Shown piece after piece: positions 1 through 12,363 of a stretch of DNA of 64,000 nucleotides. This DNA comes from Vermamoeba vermiformis (lineage: Eukaryota). The notes beneath the pieces were generated by a model. The model did no database searches and was not told the DNA's origin. It saw only the letters and a program-made list of their open reading frames with translations. The translations under genes were made by a program, and so were the position numbers. The DNA lies in assembly GCA_045837725.1 (NCBI GenBank), contig JBEWZL010000184.1, positions 1-64,000 of the forward strand, given 5' to 3'. The first letter of the stretch is position 1, and the number at the start of each line of letters is the position of its first letter.

Positions 1-211
1 TCCCTCTTCGGCCGGCCAATGCTTTTAGATAAAAATTATACAAAAATTCAGGACCTTTGATTTCCGTTAATCGCCAGAAGAGACTGTAGTACAAAAAATG
101 GTACAATTTTGTTGGGCGATGTCCATTGACAGTGCGCCACACCCCTGCGTGGATCCAGATCAGCCCCGGATCCGATCCACTTCCCCAAGCTTATTTCTTT
201 GTTTTATCATT

Positions 212-600
212 AAAAAGGGATAAATCGCAATACAAGACTTGGTTGAGCAAGCCTAAGTATTCATAGGGAGGAATTTGGCCGGGCCCTAACCCATCCAAGT
301 GTCGAAGTCACGTTGAGGTGACTGACACGGCCAAAACCATGCGATTCATCAAGATAAAGGTCGCAGGCATCAAGATGACACCCCTCCATAAAGGAGACCG
401 TACAACAAAAGAGTGTCCGCTACGGCAAGTGACAAGTCACTTTCTAGCCCATCCAACTCAGTGCCAGTGAGAGTGCTGTTCCGAACCAGTGGTGTCACCG
501 AAGCAACACGACCTCCAGACCATACTCTGACCCACATCGTCGAGAATCAACGCGTAACTTTCTCGTTGTAGCGGCGCTAAGGTTTCACCCTTAGACGCCG
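212..600 (-). ncRNA. Candidate structured non-coding RNA, family unknown
   Basis: No ORF of 60 aa or more. At least six hairpins (572-600, 541-565, 492-509, 427-442, 299-328, 229-261). Two stems need G-U pairs that only form on the minus strand. One stem carries a C(UUCG)G tetraloop, and the element ends in TTTTT (212-216). Confidence 0.45.
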
Positions 601-1603
601 GATTGTTTAACATTGTTTATTGATAATTAATAGTGTCCAATAGTTTTAACAATCCTAAATATAATACACAGTGTTAGATAGGCGATGAAATTCACCTTGG
701 AACTGTAAAAACTTGAATTTTGCTGGCACGCATTCGCCGCAACTATGGTACGTAAATTATTACTTACCGTTGCTGTTTCCGTATTGAATTAGTCATTTAA
801 AATTACGTAGTGCATTGTTTTACCGCATCGATACCTGTTGTATTCAGATCGTGCGCGAAAAACTTGCCGCCTAAAAATATAGCCGTTAGAATTTGCACAT
901 TAATGATTTAAATTTAATAACTGCAATCTATAAAGGTAAGTGTAAGTTTAGAAGCATTGATTTGTAACAGTGCTCGTGCAGAAAATATTTAAAAATTAAA
1001 AAATTCGAATCTGAAATTTTTATACCTGTTTGCTTCTCTTCAGCTAGTATTTTATCGACAATGCATGGCTATATATAAGACAATTTTTTTCCGATTATCA
1101 AACCAAATATAACTTGCAGTTCGATAATTTCCCATGAATGTGGCCGCAGCATCTCCAGTGGACGCGGCCAAGGTGATTTGGTGTCACCCCAGCTTATTCT
1201 GGTAGATGATTTGGTCGTGCTTCATGGTACTGTGATTGCGGAGTGAATAATAAATCGGTTTTGCCAGCGAAAAGACTATTTTTTTGGCAGCGAATCGCCC
1301 GCAACTACAGGGCAGCAAGTGATAAGCTTGCTAAAGTTAATTGTATGCTATTTCATCAATATTATCAAAGATAAAAGACAGAGCGACGCGTTAAAGACCA
1401 GATCGAGTAATAATTTATTTATTTTTTTTACTCGAAGAAATTCAGCAAAAACCTCCCTATAGCTAGGTGTAAATAGCTTATAAATGCGCAAAAAAATGCC
1501 CAATTTAATTGAAATACCAATATCTTCGCCCGAAATTAATTTTTTTTCGTGCGCAGGGATCAAAGGGATATTGTACAGTGCACAGGGATCAAGTCAACAG
1601 AAC

Positions 1604-3553
1604 TTAATCGCTGACATAAACATCACCATCACTACAATAATTATTATAATCACTCTCGCTGTCTTCATACTGCACGCTATCACTATCATTGCTATCGTCA
1701 TCAAGTACCTCGCTCATGCTAGAACTGTCAGATCCACTCGGTTCCACGTCATATTCATGAGAGGTACTATTATTGCTGTCACTACTGTCACTTTTCAAGT
1801 CAGGAGCGCTAATGCTGCTGTCATCCATGGCAATATTTTGGGCACTTACTGAGTCCTCATCGGATCCAGATCTCATCGGCGACGAGTCATCAACACTACT
1901 GCCACTAATATCACTATCGCTATGACTACTGTCAACACTGTCGTCATATTGTTCGTATTTGACGCCCATTGAACTGTCACTGTGTTCGGAAATTTTATCA
2001 GCGCCATCCGGATCTTCATTGCCGTCGTACAACTGCCTCTCAGGAGCATCACTATCATAATAGGCATATGATCGAATTGGATAGTGGGTAGTATTATATC
2101 TGTCATGGCTAGTACTTGACGCATCATTCGTGTCAGATCCGGATCCAGATCCGACGTCACTATCTTCGTCACCGCTGTCATCAGACTCGTGCGTATAATC
2201 CATATTTAGACTGTCACTATCATCGTCATCACGTGACATGACATCAGCGTCGTATTCATCGAACAGTTCCTCGTCTTCTTCGTCAATGCTGTACGCCAAG
2301 ATCTGCGATCTGGCAGTGTCGGACAAGAAGGGCATAATCAACTCTAATAGTCTATTGCTCATTATTAAGGGCTGTTGACCATCGATTAAGAACCCTGGTC
2401 GTCGTCTGCTGCGTGGTTTGTTGCGCAAGTTCTGCTCCAATGTTGCGACAGATCCGTCTCTGTTTCTATGCGCGTAAAAACAGGCTGCATTGAAGGGACA
2501 ATAGCCCGTGCCGTACTTGAAGTATTTACATGGTATTTGCTTCAATCGATTCAAGTACCGCGCAGTGATTTTGTCCTTGATCTGCCCCGTCGCGTGTACT
2601 GGCGAGGGTACGACGAACAAGGACAATTGACGGCACATGGGACACGTGTGACTGACCGACTCCACGGCCTTGTCTGCGTAGTGTTGATCTGTGGCGCGCC
2701 AGTTGCGAATGCAGTCGAGACAGTACACGTGATCACAACTGCCTAAAAAGGAAATAATGTCAGATCCTCCAAATCTATAATCTCTTTAATCTCGTTAAAA
2801 TTGATTTAAGGTATCATGATGCGTTCAGTAATATGTATATAAGCATTATTGGTCTATTAGACTGTGAGAAGAAGGTAAGTGTGGATGTAGCTAACTTACT
2901 TAACAAACCGAAAAGTCGTTTCTGTGACACTACGCCATCAAAACATATCGAGCACTCTTTGTCCTTAGAGTCGCTTATTAACTGCTGCATAGTTTTGTCG
3001 AGTAATATATCTGCTGCTTCGACTTTTCCGTCACTGTTCTTGGATGTGGCATCTGGATTCGTTTCCTCATCATCAAATAGCAATTCGTGCGAATAAGGAC
3101 ATGCATTGCCTTTCATACAATTGCCGCTGAAGTAAAAGAAGCAAGGCTGCGGGTTCTTCTCGACTGGATTTGGATTCGAGGGACCAGATCCAGATTTGTT
3201 GTTTAATTCCTTTTTCTTAGTTTCATCGTGCAACCATGCGCACTGCGCTCCATTTTTGCAATTTCCTTGCAAGAAAAATTTGCAGAGGATGTTGTCTGGT
3301 GAAAGTCAAGATTAGTCAGTTGAAAACCGATCCACGCGAAAACAATTTGCTTAAAAACGCGAAATTAATTATATATGATTATACGTGGTATTTAAGAAGT
3401 AATAAAGCAATTTGAGTGCGTTCTCCAATTTGAAGAATTTTGAAAATTATTCGGATCCGAAGAAAATTTGGGTGCAGAAATCGAAATCTGAGAATAGCTA
3501 TGCATTTTACTGTACATACCTTTGTTATTAAAATTTCTTGTATTATTATTCAT
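1604..3553 (-). CDS. Makorin-like CCCH zinc finger / RING E3 ligase with acidic Ser/Asp-rich tail (spliced)
   Basis: Two CCCH fingers (CKFFLQGNCKNGAQCAWLH, CFFYFSGNCMKGNACPYSH). RING CSIC...FGLL / YCLDCIRNWR...CPMCR, then CKYFKYGTGYCPFNAACFYAH. First exon 3553-3520 ends at a GT donor. Confidence 0.85.
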
Positions 3554-3767
3554 AAACTATTAATTCAGAAGATCTCGTACTATTTCTACTTTTCTTTTCT
3601 TTTTAATCGCTGAACGGATGAACAAAGTAATATCCAACGTCCTATCGGCAAGTACAAGCAGGAACAACTTGTTGTTGTGTATCGATACACAATCTGATAA
3701 AAATAGGCCAATTAAAAAAGATCTGGTCAAGAAAAAGTTCTGAAATGGTGATTACTTTATTACGAGA

Positions 3768-6036
3768 TTAAAGATTAGTCTTAGGTTGGCAGTTGTTACC
3801 GCAAGGAGGATACGGCAAGATATCAGGAACGATGTTAACCTCAGTAGTAATCTTGAACTCATGGAGTACATTGACGGGATCCTTTGAGGGCACTTCGTAG
3901 ATCAATTCAACGAGGAAACCAGTCCAGCCAGAGAGAGGAGCATTTTGACTAAAATAATGGTTAGATTGGATTTAATCTAGATTGCCATGCTAAGAAATTT
4001 AGTGTGGATTCGAGAAACCGAAATGGATTTGGAACGAAAAATTATGAGGCAAAACAATTAGCTCGAGTACTTACGTAGCAACATAGACGCCATTGCCTTG
4101 ATCTTCCAATTGATGATACCACCACATGACTGGTTGAGCGCAGCCAGGGAATTGATTGATGCAGGTGATCAAACGGAAGTCTCGGCGCGTAGCGCTCAAG
4201 GTTCGTGCGTACCACATATAGACACTGATAATAAGGCCGTCAGTCTCAATACAATACAAGTAAAGCTTGGGAAATTAGTCGCTAAGACGTGTCAAAAAAG
4301 TCGCGTCAACATACCCCTTAGGCTTATCTTGGGTCTTCACGATAATTTGTGCATTAGTCGAGTTTGAGCGGATCAATTGCCACGAGACACGAGGTTGCGG
4401 CTTGTTACCGAGCTGCATATGAATGAAGCTTGAGATCGATAAGGCAACGTCAGTTTGAGAGCCCAAAAGTGCGTGCTCAGCATTGGGTACCATGCGCAAA
4501 TACTTGCTGCCTTGAAGTTTGTCCCAGAAGAAGCTAGCACCTATAATAATTGTTAGCCTTATTCAATCAATAAAATAGATTTCTATCGACGTACCGTCCG
4601 GCAAGAAGAACTCGTCACCAGTGGCGCAAATGACGTACTTGGCCTTGTTGACGTATCTATCGAGGTACTTGATGGGATCAATAATGTCAGCCATCAATTG
4701 GAATTGAGGCGAGTTCAAGTAGCTCATGACATTTTCTTCCAACTGCAGCACGAGAGTCAGTTCCGTACAACACTTTTATTACGAGCACTTACGTAATCAC
4801 CGAATGCAAAAGTCCATTCACCGAGTGCTTGCCACATCTTGTTAATGTTGGGAACTGTTGCAATCATCATTAATTACTGTTTGATAGTGCGTACTTGTGT
4901 CTTCACAACTGCGACAACATACCCATATCTAAGATCGGAATGACAATAGGAATGAAGACAGTGACACGCTTGTCAACGGCAGCGACAGTCCAAGTGGTCC
5001 AGCCACGCTTGGAGGCACCTGTCATATCGATAAGTACACGATCTTAATAAGCTCAATTAAGAAGACAAACGTACCAGCAATAGCGAAGCTCGTGATCTTG
5101 GGGATGTTCATGTTCTTGGTGAAATCTTGTACGGTGTCCCTAATTTGACACGTGTCATCAGCACCGAAGTGTCACAAAGTAGTCTCGATCATTACGTACA
5201 TTGCACGAACGCCAGCCTTGGTCATGGGCATACGAGCCAACCAATAAGGTGACTTGGTGTCGTTGATGAAGTGCGCCCAAGTGTAGGCAATCATCGCATC
5301 CTCTGAACGGTGCTTCTTCTTGGGATCAGCGCTGAAGATAATAGGCTGGTTGGGAATATCTTGCAAATCTATTAAATAGCATAGTGTCATTATTAAGTAC
5401 GATGTATCATTCGCATAGATATTTCTTACGCGCTGTCACGGCTTTGGTCGATCTGCACAAAATGTCAATAAAGCTGATCAAGCTCGTGGGTTGGGAATCG
5501 CTTGTATGACCGCCATCCATATAGATCAATGAGGTGTTGTACATCACCTATTTAATTAATAATTAAGCTTCGTTGAAACAGAAAGTTCCGATCTGATCTC
5601 AGATTTCAACTCAAACTTTGACTCGACATTAGTATTCAAGAAAATATGGTACTTACTTCATCGGGAATGCAGACCATCAACCAATGCTTCCAGACGGGTT
5701 GATTAGTGTCAGCAGAAGTGAGCCAGGTTTGAGAAGTCATGTGTATGGCCTTCAATGTTTAAATATAATTATGATTAGTATTGATAAATTAATCAGTAAT
5801 CATCTCATAACGAATTTTAATTTTAAATCGTTAAATTCTTGCCAAATAAAATATCCTTTTAGATTTGTGGAAACGAATCCGGTTCTTACATAAGCAGTAT
5901 AGCCAAATCCTCTGAAGTTTCCCTTGACTGAATAAGTATAGCTCGAGTCAGGCATATTGACATAATCATCCAACGGAGTAGTATTGACAGTTGCGATCAC
6001 CGACAACAAGGCGACAATAACCGCCAATTTATTCAT
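3768..6036 (-). CDS. PqaA / AprA (autocrine proliferation repressor)-like secreted alpha/beta-hydrolase-fold protein (multi-exon)
   Basis: Signal peptide followed by TPLDDYVNMPDSSY. Family motifs IPNQPIIF, RSEDAMIAYTW, RMPMTKAGVRAMD, GASKRGWTTW, ATGDEFFLPD and VPNAEH. Confidence 0.85.
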
Positions 6037-6183
6037 GACGGTCAGCATTATTGCTAATATGGTGATATATAATACAACGAGAAGGATAATGACAATTCAA
6101 CCAAAGGACGTAATTTTGATTCTCCTATTTTTGGCTGCAGATCACGTGTTTGCCTAAAAAATTCTTTATTACAGTATTAATAT

Positions 6184-9100
6184 CTATATTTTAAAATGGG
6201 ATGCTTCGTCGTTGATTGGTTGATATGGTACATGTTTTTTACAGCGATCCAATCCAACAGCGAAGAGAGCAATGCCGACCAACAGGGATGCACCCGCTAA
6301 AGTCGCCAAGATGTAGAAGTTGTACTTCAATACTGCTTCAGGCACGGTAACCTTGCTCTGATAGACCTGGAGTTGTGGTTCATTGATCTCCGAGAGTTGT
6401 CTGGCGTAGAACAACGGATAAAACAAGCCAGTGGTTACTTTAGGACTGAACTTGGCGAACAAAGACTGCTTTTCGACGTGGAAATTTGCTTGAACACCTC
6501 TGTTAACATAAACGACTACAAAATAAACATATTAGTACATTTCTAGAACAAATAAAATGACTAAAGATAAATTTCCTAATTTGGAATAGAAGATCCGGTT
6601 GTGCAGCTTACTTCTTCCGAGAACAGGTGCGACATAAGCCAAGATCATGTCAGTCTCCCAATTAGGCACCATGCCTTCAACCTTATTGATCCAATAATGA
6701 TCCACGTTGAACATGTGAATGTACGACAAGAACAGCGGGGCCCGTTTGATAGATGTCAAATTCACAAAGCCGGAGATGGCTGAGTTATAAAAGTAATGTG
6801 CTTCCATAGTCTCGTTGTCTAGTGAGTACCGCATCACTTCAATACCCTATTCAAGTATTAGACAGGTCAGTACATTGACCCAAACCACGTGTCGTACCTT
6901 GAAATTGAGTCGTTCGCCCGTGTAAATGACATTAATAGGACGGAAAAACGTCTCGTCCCACAACTGAATGATCGTAGACTCATTGAAATATGGCGAGTAG
7001 AAGCCTAGAATTAGCATTAGTACAAAGCTGATGATTTTTTTGTTGGAGCCGTACCATCGTCAGTCTTTCCAGTAATAGGAATAGGCTTCTCATATCCGCC
7101 GTTGAAAGTAGTTATTCCGTCCCACTGAACGTACTCCATCACCTTCAAGTCATCGTCAATGCCAGTGTAAATGATATTTTCACCCTTGTTCTTCATCACA
7201 AACTCCGAGGACGTGTCGTTGACTTTAATCGGTGCGGAATAATTGCCCGTCATTAGGCCTAAGAGTTCGTCATGGCCCACAAAGATCCTGTAAATAAGAC
7301 ATTAATACAACTGAAGTTCAATGTGCCGAAGATGAGCCCGTACCAATCATTGACAGTTTGGTTCTTGAACATGCCGTAGCCCTGTGCAATAAGGCTCTCT
7401 AATGTCGGCGTAGTGTAGCTCGTGTAGACTTGTTCGAAATAAAGGTCTGTTTTAATTGCGTCTTTCTCCGTCATGCCCCACAACTCTGTCAACGTAGTGT
7501 AATTGCCAGACAAAACAGCATTGGCATTGTCTTTAAGATACGCTCCAAAATTGAGAGGAGAGAATATGGAATTATTTCCCTAATAAAGAACGAGTTAGAT
7601 CCGGATTAAATGAAAATTAATGTAAGTTGGTCTTACGTAAAGCAGCTTGTTGCAGGTATCAAGGGAAATGGTCGGATTAGGTTCTTTAATGCCACTAGCC
7701 CAATAGTGATACTCAGGAGGAATGCAGCTCGAACAGTACAGATCTGGGTACGCGCTCTTGATAGACTCTTTCCATACGCTGCCCATGCCCCACTGCGCGC
7801 ATGAAAAGTCGGTGAGTGCCTTGATGCCCTTAGGCGCTAAGATATTCAATGTTTGAGGCACCACAACTCCACTACAATTGTCAAAGCATCAGTACAAATA
7901 ATTTCCTTTTTTGGTAATGCGAATTAAAAACTTACGATTTGAAGTCTTCGCGTTGCAGCCAATTAGAAATCAGTGCCAATTGAGTATCGGACACTTGGAA
8001 CTGTGCTTTGAGTTCAATTTTAACGCTCAAATTGTACGGAGCTCCCATCCAAAGGCGAGCAGATCCGCCCATCAAGTGCTGAGTCTCGTAGACCAATGAA
8101 TTTGGTACTGACTTGTCAAACAACATCTTGGCAGTGTTAAGAGATATTTCAGAGCTCTGTTTGTCGAGACTGAGTTGCAACGGAGTCAAGCCCTTGTACT
8201 CAGACGTTTGATTGGCCCAAATAGCGTAAAACTTCAGCTCTGCCTCTTCTTTAGTCATATTGCCTGTTTGCAACAATTTGACGGCATTATCAAAGGCGAT
8301 ACTTAGAGCTTGAGGCGTCTAAAAGTAAATGATTAGCGGATCCGTTATTAAACTTCAATACAAAGACAATCCATCGATGTATTATTTTAGTATAAAAGCT
8401 TTATATATAAGAAATAGTACTTACGTAGGCCAACAGAGCATCGTCCACGAATCGATTGCTCAAAGTGTCGAAGATCAGCTTCATTTGAACACCATTAAAA
8501 GCAATTGATAAGCCAAAGTCACCTCCAGTTTGACTTAATATCGCCAAGTAAGTAGGATTAATATTAACAATCACATCGGTCATTGGATCTCCTTTTGATT
8601 GGTCCTTTTCGAAGTGGTACTCGCTGATCCAGTACAAAATTAGTAAATCGGTGCTAACCTTAATGCATATACTTACACCATATCGTAGTACTTGATTTGC
8701 TTGCCATCATTGATAAATTCAGGATTGACCTTTACGCGGTGAAGCCTACAAAAATAGGCCGTTACTAGATGCGCTTTACCAACACATTTTTATGCGTAAA
8801 TGCATCGCATATATGCACAAATAATATTCAAATATTTGTTAAAAATTTGTTGAGCTTACCTGTAGCAATAGGGTCCTGTTTCATTCAGGATGGGCTTTGC
8901 TGTGCGTAACAAAACATCGTCCTTATTTGTCAGGTTGTAAAATGAATAGCACTCGTAGAATGGAGGGGCGTCAGGGAATTCATTGTCGACCCATTGTTGA
9001 TACACCATTGAATCCTTAAAATGGATCACAATTAGCAATTTATTGAAAAGACAATCAATTAATTTTGATAAATAAAATTAATCAACGTGTATAATATTCA

Positions 9101-9372
9101 AAATATTCAAAATAACGCCTAAATATAATTTTATGAGGATTCGATCAACTTTTTCAAAAGGCGCATTTAAAAATATCTTTATAATTAAACTGTACCTTGC
9201 CAGTAATCACTGAGTTTTGTACTACTAAGTCATGGTACAAGCCAGGCAAAGTAAAATGTAGTACAATAGCCACAGCGAAAATGATCGTGGCTGTAGTGAG
9301 CCAACCAATCCCGCAGCACAAGATGCGCCGATCGCGCTTCGGCAAGTTTCTCGGTAGTCCACAATCACACAT
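6184..9372 (-). CDS. CD36 / LIMP-II family lysosomal membrane glycoprotein (LmpB-like, multi-exon)
   Basis: N-terminal TM segment. CD36 motifs FYNLTNKDDVL...KPILNETGPYCY, YTGIDD...WDG and APLFLSYIHMF. C-terminal TM with a YQPI sorting motif. Confidence 0.85.
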
Positions 9373-9629
9373 GAATATATGTACTTGCCTCGTTGCGTTC
9401 CAACTGAAATTAAGATCCACCAGGCGCTATTTTTTGTGATCCAATTTTTTGGCGAGCAAATTCAAGCTCGAAAAGATTCAGTAGTTCCATTGTATTATTA
9501 GTGTTGTCAACAAAGGTACATATTTTTGTAACGAACGGCATTACGCAATAACGATCTATGCTGAAAATAACCGCCACATCCACTTTCAAATCTAACCGAA
9601 ACTAATTATGTCGCATTATTACAGCCAAA

Positions 9630-11114
9630 ATGAAGTCACTATTTGTTGTATTTGCTTTATTGGCTTGTGTTTATGCTCAGAGTAAGTTAACCACGAATCT
9701 CAACTTGGAGATTTTTTTTAATATTTAAAAACCAATCTAACTATATTGCCATATTTTTACAATAATAATATAATATTCATTAAGAAATAATTAGTATCGC
9801 AGTTTGCAAATCGCACCATGATTTGATTTCGAAATATTAACGTATCAAAATTATGTAGGCTGCCCTGATGGTCAATATGGCACAGATTGCTCATGTACAG
9901 CTAGTAAGCATTTTAAACACGATGTATAACACGATAATATCATTTTCCAGTTTCAAAGGGTTAGATCTAACCGCTAAGTTTTTTAATTTGAAATTTATTT
10001 TGATTCGCCGTAAAATAATTCAATATATTAATCCATATTGTTTCAGACGTACTGGAGTTCATGTCCACCGCTACTTGCACTGCTGGTCGTTGGTCTATCA
10101 CAGGAAATCTTACCATTGACGATCGCAGAACTTTGAACGTTTCTCTTGATTTTATTGCCATTAGTGGCAATCTTATTCTCGGTGGTACGTATAATCCAGC
10201 TAAAATGCAATTTACAAACATTACTGTCTCGTGGCTCAATGAATTCTTCAAATTTCAGATGCAAGTCAAAGCTTCAAAATTTAAAAATAAGCGATCGATT
10301 TCATTATTAAATAGATATCAGCCTAATATTATTATGAACAGGTGAGAATGCAGCTCTCCAATACAGCGTTAATTTGAAGGACGGCAAATTCGGCTTCATG
10401 AACATCACCGGTGATGCTAACTACGGCAAGGGCAAATTGAACATCGATTTTACCACTATGCCTGGTACGTACTTATATCGTCGTATATTTTAAGCCTATT
10501 GATACGCACGTGTAACGAATTCGCTTGATATCAAATCGAACGAGGCGAATTACTGCCAATGAGCTCTCTCAAAATCGATTGAATATTACCGCTATTGTTA
10601 AACATGCATATTAATGATTTATTATATTAGTTGGTAACTGGAGCATTTTCTTGTCTCAATACAAGACTCGTTCTGTTGGATTTGGCGCAAACAACTTGTT
10701 TACTTATCCCAAGACCGAGCAATTGTGCCGTGAGCTTCCTGGCGATAGAAACCCTCTCATTAGTAAGTTTTAATACGCTCTTATTCCTTCGTACCGCAAA
10801 ATTTTGGGCCAGTGCGCGGCAATGTTTTTTCGCTCAACGTTTATTTTGCGAAGAAATTCTTCGGAGAATAATTCTAGGAACGAAATATTAATCGTCTTGT
10901 TTTGCTAGACTACGATACTCGCATGTTTGTGACGATCAATATTGTCGATAAGGCCAACTGCAACTTGAACAACCTCGTGCCCGGCAGCCGCTACTGGGTG
11001 TTTCAAACATTCATTGCCGCAGGTGCTATTGGTTTAGCTGTCGGTCTGTTCTTTATCATCACTTGCTGCGCTCCTCAGCCTAAAAAGAAGATCTGGGAGA
11101 AGCTCGAGGATTAA
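9630..11114 (+). CDS. Single-pass membrane protein, unknown function (multi-exon)
   Basis: Signal peptide MKSLFVVFALLACVYAQ, small GT-AG exons, and a C-terminal TM (VFQTFIAAGAIGLAVGLFFIITCC) with a basic tail. Confidence 0.65.
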
Positions 11115-11444
11115 GAAGAACGTCATATTTACTGGCGCGAGTTTGATAATCGCGAAATTACAAAGCTTATTTAATATTTGTTTTTTTATTGTTCGTACAT
11201 AACAAGTAAAATCTGTTTTATTAATGTAAAATGGTTTATTGGTCAACAGCGGATCTCGGTCACCACGCACCTTTTACGGTAAAATAATTTATTTGTATAA
11301 CAGATATTACATTCGCAATTGCTTTTGTACAGTTGTCTTGAGTTGCTTTCTTATTATTTGCATATCTTACATTATGTAGGTTCTTTGGGTGGATAATGAG
11401 CAGTTGTTAGTAACGTGTTTTACACTGGCTCTTTTTGCATAATT

Positions 11445-12208
11445 TTATATTAATGATGAGCGTATATTTAACGAAAGAAATAACGTCAATGATATTATGA
11501 AACAGCGTACTTTATAGCAATCAGTAAGACAAGTTGCTTCATTTGGTGGATTTGTTAAAGTGGATCGTGTCACGTACCTCCAAGCAACAAAAACAAGTAC
11601 CAAAGCAACAGATCCAGTCCAATAGCCGCGCTTATTCGTCCCATGCCGCCTCTGATAAATAGCAAAAACACCGTTAGCCAGGAGTACTATAGAAATACGA
11701 GAGCAAGTGCCGAAAAAGGGCATCTAACGAGATCGGTCGTGCGTCATACTTACTTTAACATGGCCGATTTAAATCGTTCAAAACTTGCACTTTGTTGTTC
11801 TGTCCGATTGTTGTATGATTGTTGGTTACTGCTATTGTTGTAGCCTTGATCTGTTTTGAAGTATGATAACACTTTGTTCTTCGTTTGTACAGCTTGGTTG
11901 AAAATAGAGTACGATCTGTTCATGATAGTCCATTAGTATGGAATATTGCTTGGGGTGTAATTGATTTTTTAAAATAAATTTCAAATATTGATCAGATGAT
12001 ATTAATTTTTGCTTTAGCACGGCACTTACTGGTTTAAATTATTTACATTATTTTGATATAAATTTTTCTCGAACGTAAACTGTGTTTTGTTTTGCTGTTT
12101 GTTCGCGTTTAGTTTCTGCAGCGGATTGGCCTGAGTTACCGTTGCTTTTTGGCTTCGAAGGGCTGCCACGCCCTTACGCAACGCTCGCCTTAGTGTTGTC
12201 CTATACAT
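11445..12208 (-). CDS. Hypothetical protein, probably mitochondrial membrane (3' end uncertain)
   Basis: Arg-rich presequence MYRTTLRRALRKGVAALRS, GTAAGT donors near 12029 and 11753, and a hydrophobic exon (GLDLLLWYLFLLLG). Confidence 0.4.
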
Positions 12209-12363
12209 GTTCTATAGCACTCTACTGAAACTAGAGCAAGTTAAGGAAACAGATTATGGCACTTTATCAAGTTTATGTTGGATCGAAAAAAAACGGTTAG
12301 TCACGTCGATTTTTTCGATTATTTATTGTTCTCGAATAGCCATAGAGGTGTTAAATACGAGCC

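Noticed and set aside
212-600. RNase P/MRP, SRP or U3 identity for the structured element
   Set aside because: GAGAAAGTT and TAGGCTT resemble CR-I/CR-V but do not form a convincing P4 helix. There is no SRP helix-8 motif and no U3 box set.
572-612. Helitron 3' terminus
   Set aside because: A GC hairpin is present, but no CTRR follows at the expected distance.
761-770. U1 snRNA 5' end (TACTTACC)
   Set aside because: No U1 stem-loops follow. It is simply the reverse complement of a GTAAGT donor-like motif.
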